Assembly: GCA_938091905.1 (NCBI GenBank)
Contig: CALKOM010000103.1
Location: forward strand, 1-64,000
Length of the DNA stretch: 64,000 nt
Direction of reading: 5' to 3'
DNA from: an uncultured Verrucomicrobiales bacterium
GTDB taxonomy: Bacteria > Verrucomicrobiota > Verrucomicrobiia > Verrucomicrobiales > DEV007
Numbering within the stretch: the stretch's first letter is position 1; every line of letters starts with the position of its first letter. The position numbers and the translations under genes were made by a program. Below, piece by piece: positions 11,140 through 22,512 of this stretch. The notes beneath the pieces are model-generated. The model made no database searches. It was not told where the DNA came from and saw only the letters and a program-made list of their open reading frames with translations.

Positions 11140-12261
11140 TTATTTTCTCTTCGACTTCTTGAAGATTTCTTTCAAGGGCACCGCACGGTGTTCCTTTGCT
11201 GACAGGTAGCAGGCGTCGACGAGCGCCATGGTCTTGAGGTTGTCCTTGCCGTCTAAGGTTGGCTTGGCGTCATTCTCAAGGGCGATCAAGAGGTCGGCCA
11301 TGGGGCCGGCGAAGGCGTCAGGGAACCACACTTTCCTCCAGCGGGGTTTGTACCATTTCTCGGAAGCGGTCGTGGTGAAATCGACTGTGCTGGGTGTGGG
11401 CTTGGGATACTCGGGCCAACCAATGGTGCCACGTGCCATGCCGTCCATGCCTTCGACCCGCCACTTGATTCCGATGTCTTTTCCTGCGCCTTCTTGAGCT
11501 GGGCCTGCCCAGACGTCGTCCAAGCTCGTGGCGCGAAAGCCATTTGCGTATTCCAAGATGTATATGCAGATGCCGTCATCGTGATCGAACTTCTCTGCCG
11601 TGCGCGGGTCTGGCCTGACGCTGGCATAAACTCTTTCAGGATCACCAAACCAGTAGCGGAAGGTGTCCAGGTGGTGGATCGACATGATGCGCAAGGTGAC
11701 CCAACCCTGACGTTCTTGCCAAGGCATCCAGTGGGGAATGGCACGCATGTCGATCGATGCGAGCACGGGCTCGCCTAACCAACCGCGGTCGAGCAGGCTC
11801 TTGCAACCGCGTACGGATTGGTCATAGCGCATGTTCTGGTTTACTGCTAGTGTTACTCCGCGCTTTTTACAGGCTTTGACGATCTTGGCGGCTTGCTTGT
11901 AATCGATACCGAGCGGTTTCTGGGCGAGGATGCCTCGGATGTGTTTGTGCTCGAGGATCTTCTTGATCACTCCAAACTGCAGATCTGGGGGCACGGCCAC
12001 GTCGACCACTTCGACCGACTTGTCTTGGAGCAGCGCTTCGTAGGTCTCATAGACGTTCGGGATCTCATACCGTTTCGCCACCGCCTGGGCGTTCTCCAAG
12101 GTGCGCGAAGCAATGGCCACCGGATTGAATCCAGCCGCGCGGTAAGCCACTAGGTGGCAGTCTGCCATGATGAAGCCCGAGCCGATGCAGCCGATCCCTA
12201 CTTTCCGTTTTTTAGGGAGAGGAGGGAGGTAATCGAGGTTGGCGGAGATCTTCGGCTTCAT
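11140..12261 (-). CDS. Gfo/Idh/MocA family oxidoreductase
   Basis: GCIGSGFI Rossmann motif, AQKP and HHLD. Confidence 0.9.
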   Translation of the reverse strand: MKPKISANLDYLPPLPKKRKVGIGCIGSGFIMADCHLVAYRAAGFNPVAIASRTLENAQAVAKRYEIPNVYETYEALLQDKSVEVVDVAVPPDLQFGVIKKILEHKHIRGILAQKPLGIDYKQAAKIVKACKKRGVTLAVNQNMRYDQSVRGCKSLLDRGWLGEPVLASIDMRAIPHWMPWQERQGWVTLRIMSIHHLDTFRYWFGDPERVYASVRPDPRTAEKFDHDDGICIYILEYANGFRATSLDDVWAGPAQEGAGKDIGIKWRVEGMDGMARGTIGWPEYPKPTPSTVDFTTTASEKWYKPRWRKVWFPDAFAGPMADLLIALENDAKPTLDGKDNLKTMALVDACYLSAKEHRAVPLKEIFKKSKRK

Positions 12262-12409
12262 GATACCTGTATTTCGCCAAGATCTGGAGATGGAGGCAAG
12301 CTCGCCGGAACGGTGAATTTCCGGCCTAATATATCAGGGATACTGTAATATTTAGGTTGATGGGGCCGGGCACTATGATTAAAATAAGAGGTTAAGTATT
12401 TCCATAATC

Positions 12410-13297
12410 GTGGTGCCCCCCAATCGAGAGAATCCCCTAGGAAAGGCGATGAATCCCGGCGAAAGCCGAGCCTTCACGGATCGAGGGCAATGGTCGCCCA
12501 TGCGTTTGTTGGTCACTGCCTGGGGCCAATTTCCTTCAATTCAGCCTCGACCAACGGTGGGTGAGCCTCTTCGTGAGGATCAGGTCGCCTCTCAAGTGTG
12601 CTGCCCAGACTGTCAGGCATCGATGAAATTCGCCACGTTGCGGGACCTTGCATGCCCGAATTGTGGTCCACGCGAGACATCCTCTCCAAGAAAGGCGTTA
12701 GCTTGGCAGGCTTCTCGGAAACAAAGTGCGGCGGTGGCTCTGGTCACTTTGGTCTCCGGTTTCGGGGTCATGCTGCTGGCCTTGCTTGCCTGGGGCAGTC
12801 GTTCTAAACTCGATGCGGCGTTGATTCCAGTGTCGGCTCCTGAAGCGTGGGTGGACGCCTGGACGAGCTTTCATGACGAACCTTATGAAACCTGGCACAC
12901 CCTCGCCATTTACGTGCAGCAAGCAGAGACGGCTTTTGCGCCTTTGCCGATCAGCTGGGAACGCGAGGGACGGAATGGCGAGCTTGTTTGGATGTATCAG
13001 AACAACGCCTCTGAGGGGTGCCTGGCTCGGCTTTTGAGTGACGATGCGCAGCGATTGAAGAATTTACTCACCAATCGAGGGGCAGCGAAGCTGACGATTA
13101 AGGCTAAGAGGCGTGATTATCAGGGTTCTGGATTGATCGAGATTGGTGCGGTCGAGAGGTTGGGGTGGGGAAAGGGTCATCGCGAATTTGAAGCGCCACA
13201 CCGCTCTCTGACTCCCATGGAGTCCCTTAGTGCCAAGGCTTGGGTAGGGAATGGCGACTCAAGTGCTCTGTTAGGCGCTGCGCAATTGGAGGAGTAG
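12410..13297 (+). CDS. Hypothetical membrane-anchored protein with zinc ribbon
   Basis: CPDC...CPNC followed by one TM helix; start uncertain. Confidence 0.6.
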   Translation: MVPPNRENPLGKAMNPGESRAFTDRGQWSPMRLLVTAWGQFPSIQPRPTVGEPLREDQVASQVCCPDCQASMKFATLRDLACPNCGPRETSSPRKALAWQASRKQSAAVALVTLVSGFGVMLLALLAWGSRSKLDAALIPVSAPEAWVDAWTSFHDEPYETWHTLAIYVQQAETAFAPLPISWEREGRNGELVWMYQNNASEGCLARLLSDDAQRLKNLLTNRGAAKLTIKAKRRDYQGSGLIEIGAVERLGWGKGHREFEAPHRSLTPMESLSAKAWVGNGDSSALLGAAQLEE

Positions 13298-13330
13298 AGT
13301 CGGGAGCGCCTTGCTGCCTTTGACTTTCGT

Positions 13331-14332
13331 ATGTCTACTGTGCCCCCCGTAAACGAAGCTTCGATCACTTCAGTGATGCCCATGCGTAGCTCCCTGGGTC
13401 TGGCGCTGTATGGTTGGGTTTTGGCTGCGCTCCTTGTCTCTTGGGCAGCTAGTATGACATTTGTATCAGGATGGCCTTGGTTTGAGGAACACTGGCAAAT
13501 GAGCCTCACCATGGTGCTGGGGTCCTTCGTGGCTGGGTCGACGCCAGCGGGTGGGGCATCGGTCGCCTTCCCGGTATTTACCAAGCTACTTGCAATTGAT
13601 AGTCATGCGGTCGCGACCTTTGGCTTGATGATACAAGCCGTCGGCATGAGCATGGCGGGCGTCTTTATAGTTGCTCGTGGCATTCCGCTCTATACGACGA
13701 TTGTTCGGTGGGGGGCCATGGGAGGGAGTGTTGGAGTTCTTCTAGGACTGGTCTTCCTTCGAGTGCCGGCACCCTATCCGAAACTCCTGTTCAGTGCCCT
13801 CGTGTTCACCTTTGCCATCGCGTTGTGGCGAGCACGTGGGCAAGAGCGACGTTTGAGTGGTGTGCGGGATCGCGATCGTTGGAGATTTGTCCGAACAGGT
13901 GTCGTAGGTGGTTTATTGGCATCTCAGACAGGGTCAGGTGCGGACATGCTTATATTCATGGTGATGATGATTGCCTACCGTCTTGATGGGAAGAGGGCAA
14001 TTCCCACGTGCGTTTGTATCATGGCGATTGTCTCGATTGTTGGTAGCCTCGGCGTATTCCTGATGCCGCATCGAGAAATTGGAGTGGTGTGGTGCTACTG
14101 GGCAGTGTGTGTGCCCGTGGTCGCCATAGGGGCGCCGCTTGGCGCGTACGTGATTTCCAAAGTCCCTCATCACTTCATCATGGTCGTAGTCATGGCACTG
14201 ATCGCTGTCGAAGTGATTTCGACACTGTTCCTTATACCTATGACGCCGCCACGCTTGGCCTTTGTGCTGATCATCTTGCTGGTTGCGGGAACCGCGCAGT
14301 GGAGGCTACATGCGATTCGTGCCTTGGCGTAG
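13331..14332 (+). CDS. Sulfite exporter TauE/SafE family protein
   Basis: AGSTPAGGASVAFPV motif and multiple TM helices. Confidence 0.85.
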   Translation: MSTVPPVNEASITSVMPMRSSLGLALYGWVLAALLVSWAASMTFVSGWPWFEEHWQMSLTMVLGSFVAGSTPAGGASVAFPVFTKLLAIDSHAVATFGLMIQAVGMSMAGVFIVARGIPLYTTIVRWGAMGGSVGVLLGLVFLRVPAPYPKLLFSALVFTFAIALWRARGQERRLSGVRDRDRWRFVRTGVVGGLLASQTGSGADMLIFMVMMIAYRLDGKRAIPTCVCIMAIVSIVGSLGVFLMPHREIGVVWCYWAVCVPVVAIGAPLGAYVISKVPHHFIMVVVMALIAVEVISTLFLIPMTPPRLAFVLIILLVAGTAQWRLHAIRALA

Positions 14333-14442
14333 ACCCTAGGCTGTCTTTCAACGTGTAGGTCCCGCTAATGATTGTCTGGCTCCGATTCAGCACTTGACCG
14401 GCAGTTTCTCGCGCTCGTAGCCTCTGGGCACGTTAACAACCT

Positions 14443-15468
14443 ATGAAAACTTTCGCACAACTCCCTGTCTTGCTAGCCGTCCTCGCGCTCGGCTCGCCAT
14501 CTAATATTTCTGCGCATCCTGGAACAGCCAAGGAGATGGCCAAGGCTTGCGAGATCTTCCTGCAGGACCTGAGTGATGATCAGAAGGCGAAAGCGGTCTT
14601 TGATTGGAAGGATACCGAACGTGTGAACTGGCATTTCATTCCGCGCGACCGGAAAGGTCTCGCCTTAAAAGACATGGATGATTCGCAGCGCGCTCTAGCA
14701 CACGCATTGATTGTCACGGGGCTCAGTCATCAGGGCTACAGCCAAGCGTTGCAGGTCATGAGTTTGGAGAAGGTCCTGTTTCTAAAGGAAGATAACAATC
14801 CTACGCGTGACCCGGGCAAGTATTACGTCAGTGTCTTCGGCACGCCAGATCCCACGGGCACGTGGGGGTGGCGTTTGGAGGGTCATCACTTGGCCCTTAA
14901 CTACACCGTGGTCAAAGGTCAGGAGATCTCCGTCACGCCGTCCTTCTATGCGACAAATCCTGGCAAAGTTCTTGAAGGGCCGCGCAAGGGTGTCCAAGTG
15001 CTCGCTGGAGAGGAGAATGTCGCTCGCAGATTGGTCAGGAGCCTAACTGATGAGCAGAAGAGTAAAGTGATTTTCTCAGAGAAGGCTCCAAGAGACATCC
15101 TATCATCTGCAGACCGCAATGCGAAGCGTTTGGAGCCCGTTGGGATCAGCTACAGTGGCCTCAATGATGACCAGAAGAAGCAGCTCAAGTCCTTGATTAA
15201 TGTTTACCTCAAGAAGCAGCGGCCTGCGATTCATAAGCGCGAAACGAAGCGGCTAGAAGAAGCTGGCTGGGACAAAGTAACCTTTGCCTGGGCTGGTGGA
15301 ACGAAGAAGGGCGAAGGCCATTACTACCGCGTTCAGAGCCCGCATTTCCTCTTGGAATATGCGAACACGCAGAATGATGCGAATCATGTCCATGCTGTCT
15401 ATCGCGATCTCAACGGTGACTTTGGAGATGATGTGCTCAAAAAGCATTTCGCCGAAGAACACAAGTAA
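14443..15468 (+). CDS. DUF3500 domain protein
   Basis: WHFIP, WGWRLEGHHLALN, YYRVQSP..LLEY.N and NHVH.VYRD...DFG. Confidence 0.9.
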   Translation: MKTFAQLPVLLAVLALGSPSNISAHPGTAKEMAKACEIFLQDLSDDQKAKAVFDWKDTERVNWHFIPRDRKGLALKDMDDSQRALAHALIVTGLSHQGYSQALQVMSLEKVLFLKEDNNPTRDPGKYYVSVFGTPDPTGTWGWRLEGHHLALNYTVVKGQEISVTPSFYATNPGKVLEGPRKGVQVLAGEENVARRLVRSLTDEQKSKVIFSEKAPRDILSSADRNAKRLEPVGISYSGLNDDQKKQLKSLINVYLKKQRPAIHKRETKRLEEAGWDKVTFAWAGGTKKGEGHYYRVQSPHFLLEYANTQNDANHVHAVYRDLNGDFGDDVLKKHFAEEHK

Positions 15469-15479
15469 TTGGAGCCTTT

Positions 15480-16607
15480 GTGTTCGAGACAGACGCGATT
15501 CACGAAGGGCAGAGCTACAAAGGAGAGACGGGAGCGGTTATTCCGCCGGTCTACCTGACGTCGACGTTTGCCCATGGCAACGGAGGCGGCTTTGACTACA
15601 CACGTTCGGGCAATCCGAACTTCAACAACTTAGCAGATCAGTTAGGAGCGCTTGAAGGGGCGCAGCACGCCACCGTGTTTGCAAGTGGCGTGTCTGCGAT
15701 CACTGCCATCGTTTCGTCTCTGAAGATTGGGGATGTGGTCATTGCGGAAGAGAACATCTACGGATGCACCTTTCGTTTGTTTGCCCAAGTCTTCGCCAAG
15801 TTCGGAGTGTCGATCGAGTACTACGATCTTACAGATGAGGCGAACGGTCGGCATATTACGGAGAAGAAGCCTGCCCTCGTCTGGATCGAGTCCCCGACCA
15901 ATCCGCTACTCAAGATCATTGACATTGCGTGGGTTGCCGAGTTGTCGAAAGCCGCCGGAAGTTCGCTTATTGTAGATAACACTTTCGCCTCGAGCTATTT
16001 CCAGCAACCATTGGCCCTTGGCGCGGATGTGTCTTTGCTCAGCACGACCAAGTATAGTAATGGGCACTCTGATTGCCTCGGTGGCGTTGTCTGCACGAAC
16101 TCGCCGGATTGGCAGGACAAGATGGTCTTTGCTCAAAAAGCGCTCGGTCTGCATCCCTCGCCGTTCGATAGCTGGCTGATCTCTCGCGGGGTCAAGACTC
16201 AGGCCCTGCGCATGGAGAGGCATCACACCAATGCTTTGGAATTTGCTCAATTCCTCGAGACCACCTGGCCTGAAGCCATCGTCCGTTTTCCCTTCCTGCC
16301 CTCGCATCCTCAGCATGAGCTGGCCACGAGACAGATGAGTGGAGGATCTGGAATTGTCACGGCTGACTTCGGTCTCTCGCTCGACGAGACTAAATTGCGG
16401 CTCGATCGATTGTGCTACTTCACCCTTGCGGAGAGCTTGGGAGGGATCGAGTCTCTTGTCTGTCACCCCGCCAGCATGACCCACGCGAGCGTGCCAAAGG
16501 AGACTCGCGAAGCCGTTGGAATCACGGATTCGCTAGTGCGTTTCTCTCTCGGGGTAGAGCATATCGACGATCTCATTGCCGATCTGAGAGCCGCCTGGTC
16601 TGCCTAG
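15480..16607 (+). CDS. metB: Cystathionine gamma-synthase/beta-lyase family PLP enzyme
   Basis: YTRSGNP, ESPTNP, VDNTF, STTKY (PLP lysine) and AESLGGIESL. Confidence 0.85.
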   Translation: MFETDAIHEGQSYKGETGAVIPPVYLTSTFAHGNGGGFDYTRSGNPNFNNLADQLGALEGAQHATVFASGVSAITAIVSSLKIGDVVIAEENIYGCTFRLFAQVFAKFGVSIEYYDLTDEANGRHITEKKPALVWIESPTNPLLKIIDIAWVAELSKAAGSSLIVDNTFASSYFQQPLALGADVSLLSTTKYSNGHSDCLGGVVCTNSPDWQDKMVFAQKALGLHPSPFDSWLISRGVKTQALRMERHHTNALEFAQFLETTWPEAIVRFPFLPSHPQHELATRQMSGGSGIVTADFGLSLDETKLRLDRLCYFTLAESLGGIESLVCHPASMTHASVPKETREAVGITDSLVRFSLGVEHIDDLIADLRAAWSA

Positions 16608-16667
16608 CGGGAAAGGCTTGCACCGGGCATTGAACAACCCCACTGGTGTCATCGTCCAAAGCGGTCC

Positions 16668-18029
16668 ATGACAAAGAATTTCAGCTATTTCCTGGCAAAG
16701 CGCTATCTGGTTCCCAAGGGGCTGTTCCTGATTTTTATCAACGTGCTCACGATTCTTGGCATTTGCCTCGGGGTGGCAGTGATGATTGTCGTCCTCAGCG
16801 TGATGAAAGGGTTCGAGAATGAGTTTCAGCGGACGTTGTTAGGCTTCGACCCTCACCTGATGTTGCTCGACCCTGAGATGACGCAGAGTAGTGCGGACGG
16901 AAAGACCTATCACGAGGTTGGTGCTGGGCTGAAAGTGGTGCCTGGTATCGTTTCGCAATCGCCGTTTGTTGCGGGGCATGTCATGATTCAGTTAGGTGAT
17001 CGCGTACAGAATCCTATCATGAAGGCGATCTTGCCGGATGATCCTCAGTTGGAATCGCTGAGGGAGCAGGGCATGGTCGTTGCAGGTGAGCTAGACCTTG
17101 AGCCTCGAGTTGATGAGTCAGGTGAGTTCTATGAGCGGGTGATTGTGAGCAAGTCCCTTGCGGATAGTTTCCACAAGCCCGATGGGACGGTGCTTCAGAT
17201 CGGAGATGTTATCACCGTGTTGTCACCCATCATGATGGAACGGGCGATGCGAGACATTCGTGAGCACTTGGATAAGCCAAAGGAAGATCGTGGAGATTCC
17301 GAATCGTTTCTTGAGAACATGGAAGAGGCGATGGCGCCGACAGAACTAATGGTTGTCGCGGTCGTTGATTCGCCCATGTACCAGCAGTTTATCCTTCCGC
17401 CTCTCAATGTGGGCCAGGATCTCTTCGGTCTAGAAGACGAAGTTCATGGGTTGGCTATCTTTACGGAGGACCCTTATTTGGTAGAGGAGACGAAAGCTCG
17501 TATCGAAGGCTCGGGGCTCTTGCCTTACGGTTGGTCATCGATGAGTTGGGTAGACCAGAACAAGCCGCGCCTTGAGGCGATTCGTACGGAGCGCAGTCTC
17601 ATGTCGGTCATCCTATTTATTATTGTTATTGTGGCGACGTTCTGTGTTAGCGTGACTATCATTGTAACCACTGTCCAGAAGCGTCGTGAGATTGGTGTCA
17701 TGAAAGCGATCGGTGCGCAGACGGGGCAGATTGTTCGCGTCTTCGTCCATCAGGGGCAGGTTGTGGGGCTCTGTGGCGTACTGTCGGGAGTGGCGCTGGG
17801 GCTTATCGTGCTTTTCCAGCTTGAGAATATCCGCTCCATTATCGGGAAATTCGGTGCGGATCCTTTTCCGCAACATGTCTACGGGCTCTCCAAGCTTCCG
17901 GTAGAGATCATTCCGAGTAGCATTCTTGGAATTGCGATTGGCGCGATCATTGCTTGCACCATAGCTGCGATCCCACCAGCGTGGGCAGTGGCGCGTTTGG
18001 ACCCGGCAAAGGCCCTACGCGCCGACTGA
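16668..18029 (+). CDS. Lipoprotein-releasing ABC transporter permease (LolC/E family)
   Basis: VLSVMKGF, periplasmic domain, KRREIGVMKAIGA and ARLDPAKALR. Confidence 0.9.
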   Translation: MTKNFSYFLAKRYLVPKGLFLIFINVLTILGICLGVAVMIVVLSVMKGFENEFQRTLLGFDPHLMLLDPEMTQSSADGKTYHEVGAGLKVVPGIVSQSPFVAGHVMIQLGDRVQNPIMKAILPDDPQLESLREQGMVVAGELDLEPRVDESGEFYERVIVSKSLADSFHKPDGTVLQIGDVITVLSPIMMERAMRDIREHLDKPKEDRGDSESFLENMEEAMAPTELMVVAVVDSPMYQQFILPPLNVGQDLFGLEDEVHGLAIFTEDPYLVEETKARIEGSGLLPYGWSSMSWVDQNKPRLEAIRTERSLMSVILFIIVIVATFCVSVTIIVTTVQKRREIGVMKAIGAQTGQIVRVFVHQGQVVGLCGVLSGVALGLIVLFQLENIRSIIGKFGADPFPQHVYGLSKLPVEIIPSSILGIAIGAIIACTIAAIPPAWAVARLDPAKALRAD

Positions 18030-18044
18030 TAGGACAGTTATCCA

Positions 18045-18890
18045 ATGATGCAGATCTACCTCGTGATCGATGAAGAGAAGAAGGGGCCATTCACCTTGTT
18101 TCAGGTGGAGGAACAATTGCGTGACGGCACGTTGAGCGATGATCAGCTCGCCTGGTATGATGGCGAGGGCGAGTGGAAAGCGCTACGTGAGTTGCCGCCA
18201 TTTGAGACTTTCTTTCGTCGGCGTGATGTTGAGTTGGAGGATGAGCGCCGCTTGAAGGTAGCCGAGCGACATGCCGAGGTTCAGCGTGAGCGAGCCGAGA
18301 CCTTGCCCAGGATTAATGTTCGCCCGTGGACGCGTTTCTGGGCACGCAATTTGGACTGGTGGTTCTTCTTTGTCTTCTGTCTCGTGTTGATGCTGGGCAT
18401 GAGAGCAATTGGTTGGATAGATACGAGTATGGAAGGGTTCATGACCGTTTTTCCGATGCTCATGCCGGTCATGCACTTGATAGAGGCTTACTGCCTGGAC
18501 CGCTGGGGGGCGACTCCTGGCAAAGCGCTTGTTGGCATTCGCGTGGTCGATGCGGAGGGCAATACCTTGGATTTTGGTGCGGCGCTACGACGTTCCCTGG
18601 GAGTCTTTGTCATGGGAATGGGCTGCTACGTAGGACCACTCACATTGATCACGATGCCCGCTGCCTACTATTTGCTCGTGAAGAACCGCCAAAGTTTCTG
18701 GGACGTTTCCACCGGTTCATTCGTTCAGCATGAGACGTTTCGCGCTCGGCATATCGCCTGGCCATTTGCGATCGTGTTTGGAATGATGCTCTTGTTCCAG
18801 AAGCCATTCGAAGAGGTCGCTGCTTTCAATTCCAAGAGAATGGAGACGCTTCGCGAAGCGATCAATGGTGAGCAAGTAGAGGAATCCTGA
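18045..18890 (+). CDS. RDD family protein with N-terminal GYF_2 domain
   Basis: GPFTL...AWYDG..EW followed by RFWAR.LD and TPGK...GIRV. Confidence 0.85.
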   Translation: MMQIYLVIDEEKKGPFTLFQVEEQLRDGTLSDDQLAWYDGEGEWKALRELPPFETFFRRRDVELEDERRLKVAERHAEVQRERAETLPRINVRPWTRFWARNLDWWFFFVFCLVLMLGMRAIGWIDTSMEGFMTVFPMLMPVMHLIEAYCLDRWGATPGKALVGIRVVDAEGNTLDFGAALRRSLGVFVMGMGCYVGPLTLITMPAAYYLLVKNRQSFWDVSTGSFVQHETFRARHIAWPFAIVFGMMLLFQKPFEEVAAFNSKRMETLREAINGEQVEES

Positions 18891-18976
18891 GCGTGGTCTT
18901 GAGCGGATGTTCTTCGAACTGCTAGTGGGTGATTTACATAGCCTATGGCACTGGGTATCCTCGTGGTCGAATTGCT

Positions 18977-19465
18977 ATGATGAAAAAAGATACCAATGTC
19001 TTGGGATAGTCGGGGCGGTGGATTCGAGGGAATGTCTTGCGCGTGCTGTGCATCGTTGCGGGATGGCAGGCCCATGGGATGCCGGTGATCAATGAGATCA
19101 ACTACTACCCCGCTCCTTCAGATAATGGTCTGCCTGAGCCTACCGACTACCAGTTTGTCGAGCTCTACAATCCATCAGATGAGGAAATCGATCTCAGTGG
19201 GTTTGCATTCACGCGGGGCATCGGATTCACGTTTGGTGAAGGGGCAGCCCTTACGCCTGAGGGGTAGTTGGTGAATGCTGCTGATCCGAATCTGCTTCTG
19301 GATGTCTTTCTCGAGCTTGAGGCTGAGCAGGTCTTTGGCCCTTGGACCGGAATGCTGAGTAATTCTGGCGAACAGATCCGCCTGGTGAATTTAGCTGGCG
19401 AAACAGTGGACAAGGTGAAGTCGGGGGATTGGGCAGATAGACGAGAGGCTTCTAATAATGAGTGA
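18977..19465 (+). pseudogene. Lamin-tail domain (LTD) protein remnant
   Basis: PVINEINY..FVELYNP...IDLSG.AF..GI.FTF and LSNSGEQIRL, with in-frame TAG stops; truncated. Confidence 0.8.
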
Positions 19466-19467
19466 AC

Positions 19468-20125
19468 TTACCGATCATTCCGGACAATCGCAGTTGCGCT
19501 CGACTGAAGGAACTTTCTCGCTCCGTTGTGGGTCACCTCTACAGTGCAGCGATCTCCGTCCGTGGTTGTCGGGACTTGATTTGCAGGAAGCGGATCCCAA
19601 TTCAACATGTCGGTGAATTCGTCGACCTGGACTACTGCCGGGCGGCTGCTTGCGAGTTCGACATTATCCCGAAGTAGGGTATCGGTGATTAGGGTTGCCC
19701 CCATGTCGGTTTTAATGTTGATAGCGTAGAGATCTGAGGCATGGATGAGCAGATCGTAGGCGTAATACTGGGTTGTTGAAACACTGTTGGTCGATGGCTT
19801 TGTCCCGACTGTTCCTTCTGCAAATTGTAAGGGCTTCTCCAGACAGAATAGGCGACCTGATATCACGGAGGCACTGAGTTTAAACTGCTGGGAAAATGTG
19901 GGGACTGCAGCGTCGTTCACGTAGGTCTGACTGACACTAAAATAGAGATCTGTAAATCCCGATACTTCTACATTCTGCCTTAGAGAATCAACAATCAGTA
20001 CTTTGGCGACAGGGACGGTTTAAGTGTCTTGGTTGCTGACGTAGATAGCGATAGGAACAGCGCTAGCAAGGCGCTGACCTAGTAATAGGACGCTTGTAAG
20101 CAAGTTGATTTTAAACGGATTTATG
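19468..20125 (-). pseudogene. Degraded exported hypothetical protein
   Basis: A signal-peptide-like stretch upstream is in frame across a TAA, and the C-terminal RKFL resembles Verrucomicrobial surface-protein ends. Confidence 0.4.
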
Positions 20126-20249
20126 ATTCGGGTGAATTAGGAGTTGGTGTGTTAGTAATTATCGGATTGGCTCACCGAATCTCAGTCTGATGCGATCGGC
20201 AATAAGCCGTTCACGTCATTCTTTGGCTCCGCAATACTATCGAGCGTGT

Positions 20250-21386
20250 CTATTTGATAATGGCCCCGGCTAAAGCAAAGCTGCCAACGATGACGAGAAG
20301 GGGAAGCTTCAGGCCTCGAAGGGCATAAAATCCAACGGCAACGATCGCAAAGTGGAGTGGTAGTTTCACTGCACTGACGAAGACCGGTTGGTAGAGTGCT
20401 GCGAGTAAGAGCCCGACGACGGCAGCGTTGATCCCGGCGACGGCGCCAGCCAATTTGGGGCGTTTGGCGAAGGTTTCCCAGGCGTCTCCGAAGGCAAGTA
20501 TGAGGAGGAATCCTGGGACAAAGATCCCCAGTGTTGCGATGAGACCTCCCAGCCATGGTGTTCCTGGACTGATTTCGGCGCCGAGAAAGCTCGCCAGCGT
20601 AAACATTGGGCCAGGCACTGCCTGTGCGCTGGCGTAGCCTAACAAGAAGCGATCGGGAGAGATGCTATCACTGTAGCCTCCCTGGAGCAGTGGAAGCACC
20701 ACATGTCCTCCGCCGAAGACCAGGCTTCCTGCTTGGTAGAAGCCTGCCGCGAGGCCGCCGATTCCTAGCAGGGTGGCGATAAAGAGAACGGTAAAGATGG
20801 AGAGGGGAATCCAGCGGAGCTTCGCGCGTTCGGCAGTAGACGGTTGGGCGTTTCCTTTACCGAGAAAGTACACCCCAATGCAGGCCGCCACGATGAGACA
20901 ACTGAACTGGGCAATGAGTCCCGGTACGGTGAGAAGGGCTGCGGCTGTGGCTACGCAGAGTCCCATCGTCAGCTTGGACTGACAGAAACTCTGAAACATG
21001 CTGAGGGTGGCATCGGCCACGACAACTACAGCGAGCCATTTGAGTCCCTGGACCAGGCCGCTAAACCAGTTCTGAGAATCTTGGGCCTGGGTCGCGGAGG
21101 CGATGACCACCATGATGGCGAACGATGGTATTGTGAACCCGAGAAAGGCTAACAAACCACCGAGGATGCCACCGCGACGACAACCGATGGCGAAGCCCAA
21201 CTGACTAGAACCCGGCCCAGGCAGAAACTGGCTCAACGCTATGAGCCGAGCAAAGGCCTCCTCATCAAGCCACTCTCGGCTTTGCACGAAGGCCTTCCGG
21301 AAGTATCCAATATGCGCCGCAGGTCCGCCAAAGCTAGCGCATCCCAGGGCGAGGAAGCGCCAGAAGATTTCGAAATACTTTTTCAA
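20250..21386 (-). CDS. chrA: Chromate efflux transporter
   Basis: SFGGPAAH, LPGPGSSQ, VFGGGHVV and AVPGPMF; likely TTG start just after the upstream stop. Confidence 0.92.
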   Translation of the reverse strand: MKKYFEIFWRFLALGCASFGGPAAHIGYFRKAFVQSREWLDEEAFARLIALSQFLPGPGSSQLGFAIGCRRGGILGGLLAFLGFTIPSFAIMVVIASATQAQDSQNWFSGLVQGLKWLAVVVVADATLSMFQSFCQSKLTMGLCVATAAALLTVPGLIAQFSCLIVAACIGVYFLGKGNAQPSTAERAKLRWIPLSIFTVLFIATLLGIGGLAAGFYQAGSLVFGGGHVVLPLLQGGYSDSISPDRFLLGYASAQAVPGPMFTLASFLGAEISPGTPWLGGLIATLGIFVPGFLLILAFGDAWETFAKRPKLAGAVAGINAAVVGLLLAALYQPVFVSAVKLPLHFAIVAVGFYALRGLKLPLLVIVGSFALAGAIIK

Positions 21387-21391
21387 AAGCT

Positions 21392-22429
21392 TTAGCCGAG
21401 TTTGCCCAGCAAGCGATCGAGAGAATCGGAAGTCTGATAAATGAGCGCTTCTGGGTAGTGCTGATAGGGATGAAAGTATTCGAAGGTGAGGTAGCCATCG
21501 TATCCGGTGGCGTCGAGGGCTTCCATCACGGCAGGCCAATTGGTGGTGCCGTCGAGAAGCGGGCGGAAACACTCTAACGAATGGTCCGTTCCTTTCTTGG
21601 TGAATTCTTTCAGATGAATGTTCTTCGTTCGTTTACCGAGAATGCGTGCCCAGTGTTCGGGAAACTGGTATTCCATGATGTTGCCGGTATCGAAGTGAAC
21701 CTGGACGTGCTTACTATCAAAGTCATCAACAAAGCTGTTCATTTCCATGGGGGTCATGAGGTAACCATTGAAGAAGATGTTCTCCATGTTGAGATGTATG
21801 TCTAACTTCTCGGCTAGCGGGAGTAACGTGGTGATGGCTTCTTTCGCTCGGCGATCGCAGATGTCATTCGCTACGGGGTCATGATCATCGCGCCAGGGAA
21901 TGTGCACCGCTCCAGGGACGACCAAGAGATTCTCTGTGCCTATATCATGGGCCGCTTGGGTCATCTTCTGAGCAAGTTCAAGGCCGCGTGCGCGTTTGGC
22001 AGCATCATTGCTCGATAATGGATAAGGCCAAAAGAGAAAGGAACAGAGGCCGCTAATTTCGATGCCAATTTCGTCAGCCATCTTGCGAATGGCTTGGAAC
22101 TCCTTGGTGCCAGATTTGGGCGAGAGATCGCTCTCGAGATCGTAGTTGAGCTCGATACCGTCAAAGCCCGCGTCCTTGGCGAGCTGCAGGCACTCGCGTA
22201 GAGTCATGCGGTCCGGGTAGGGGAAGGCCCAAAGGTTGATGGATTTCTTCATGGAATACCGCTTGGTCGAGCCTTTCCGGTCGTCTTTCGCGGGGGCAGG
22301 TTCCTGCCCCTCGGCACCGGCCACAGTCAGGGCTGTCACGCCTGAGAGGGCCGCCATGGATTTCAAGGCGGAGCGGCGGTCTACAGGGCCACAGTGAGAG
22401 GAGGGGCGAGGGAAATCAGAAGGCTTCAT
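21392..22429 (-). CDS. Sugar phosphate isomerase/epimerase (xylose isomerase-like TIM barrel) with Tat signal
   Basis: DRRSALK twin-arginine signal; GFDGIEL, MEN, FDTGN, HLKE and TFE metal ligands. Confidence 0.88.
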   Translation of the reverse strand: MKPSDFPRPSSHCGPVDRRSALKSMAALSGVTALTVAGAEGQEPAPAKDDRKGSTKRYSMKKSINLWAFPYPDRMTLRECLQLAKDAGFDGIELNYDLESDLSPKSGTKEFQAIRKMADEIGIEISGLCSFLFWPYPLSSNDAAKRARGLELAQKMTQAAHDIGTENLLVVPGAVHIPWRDDHDPVANDICDRRAKEAITTLLPLAEKLDIHLNMENIFFNGYLMTPMEMNSFVDDFDSKHVQVHFDTGNIMEYQFPEHWARILGKRTKNIHLKEFTKKGTDHSLECFRPLLDGTTNWPAVMEALDATGYDGYLTFEYFHPYQHYPEALIYQTSDSLDRLLGKLG

Positions 22430-22512
22430 ACTTGGGTTGTAGCGGGCGGAAAGCGTTTTGACAAGAGCGGGCCAGCCGACTTAGATGAGAAGCACCGTCA
22501 GCCAAATCTCCT

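Noticed and set aside
21387..21572. N-terminal extension of chrA given by the ORF track
   Set aside because: It overlaps the isomerase gene in another frame; ChrA similarity starts at about 21386.
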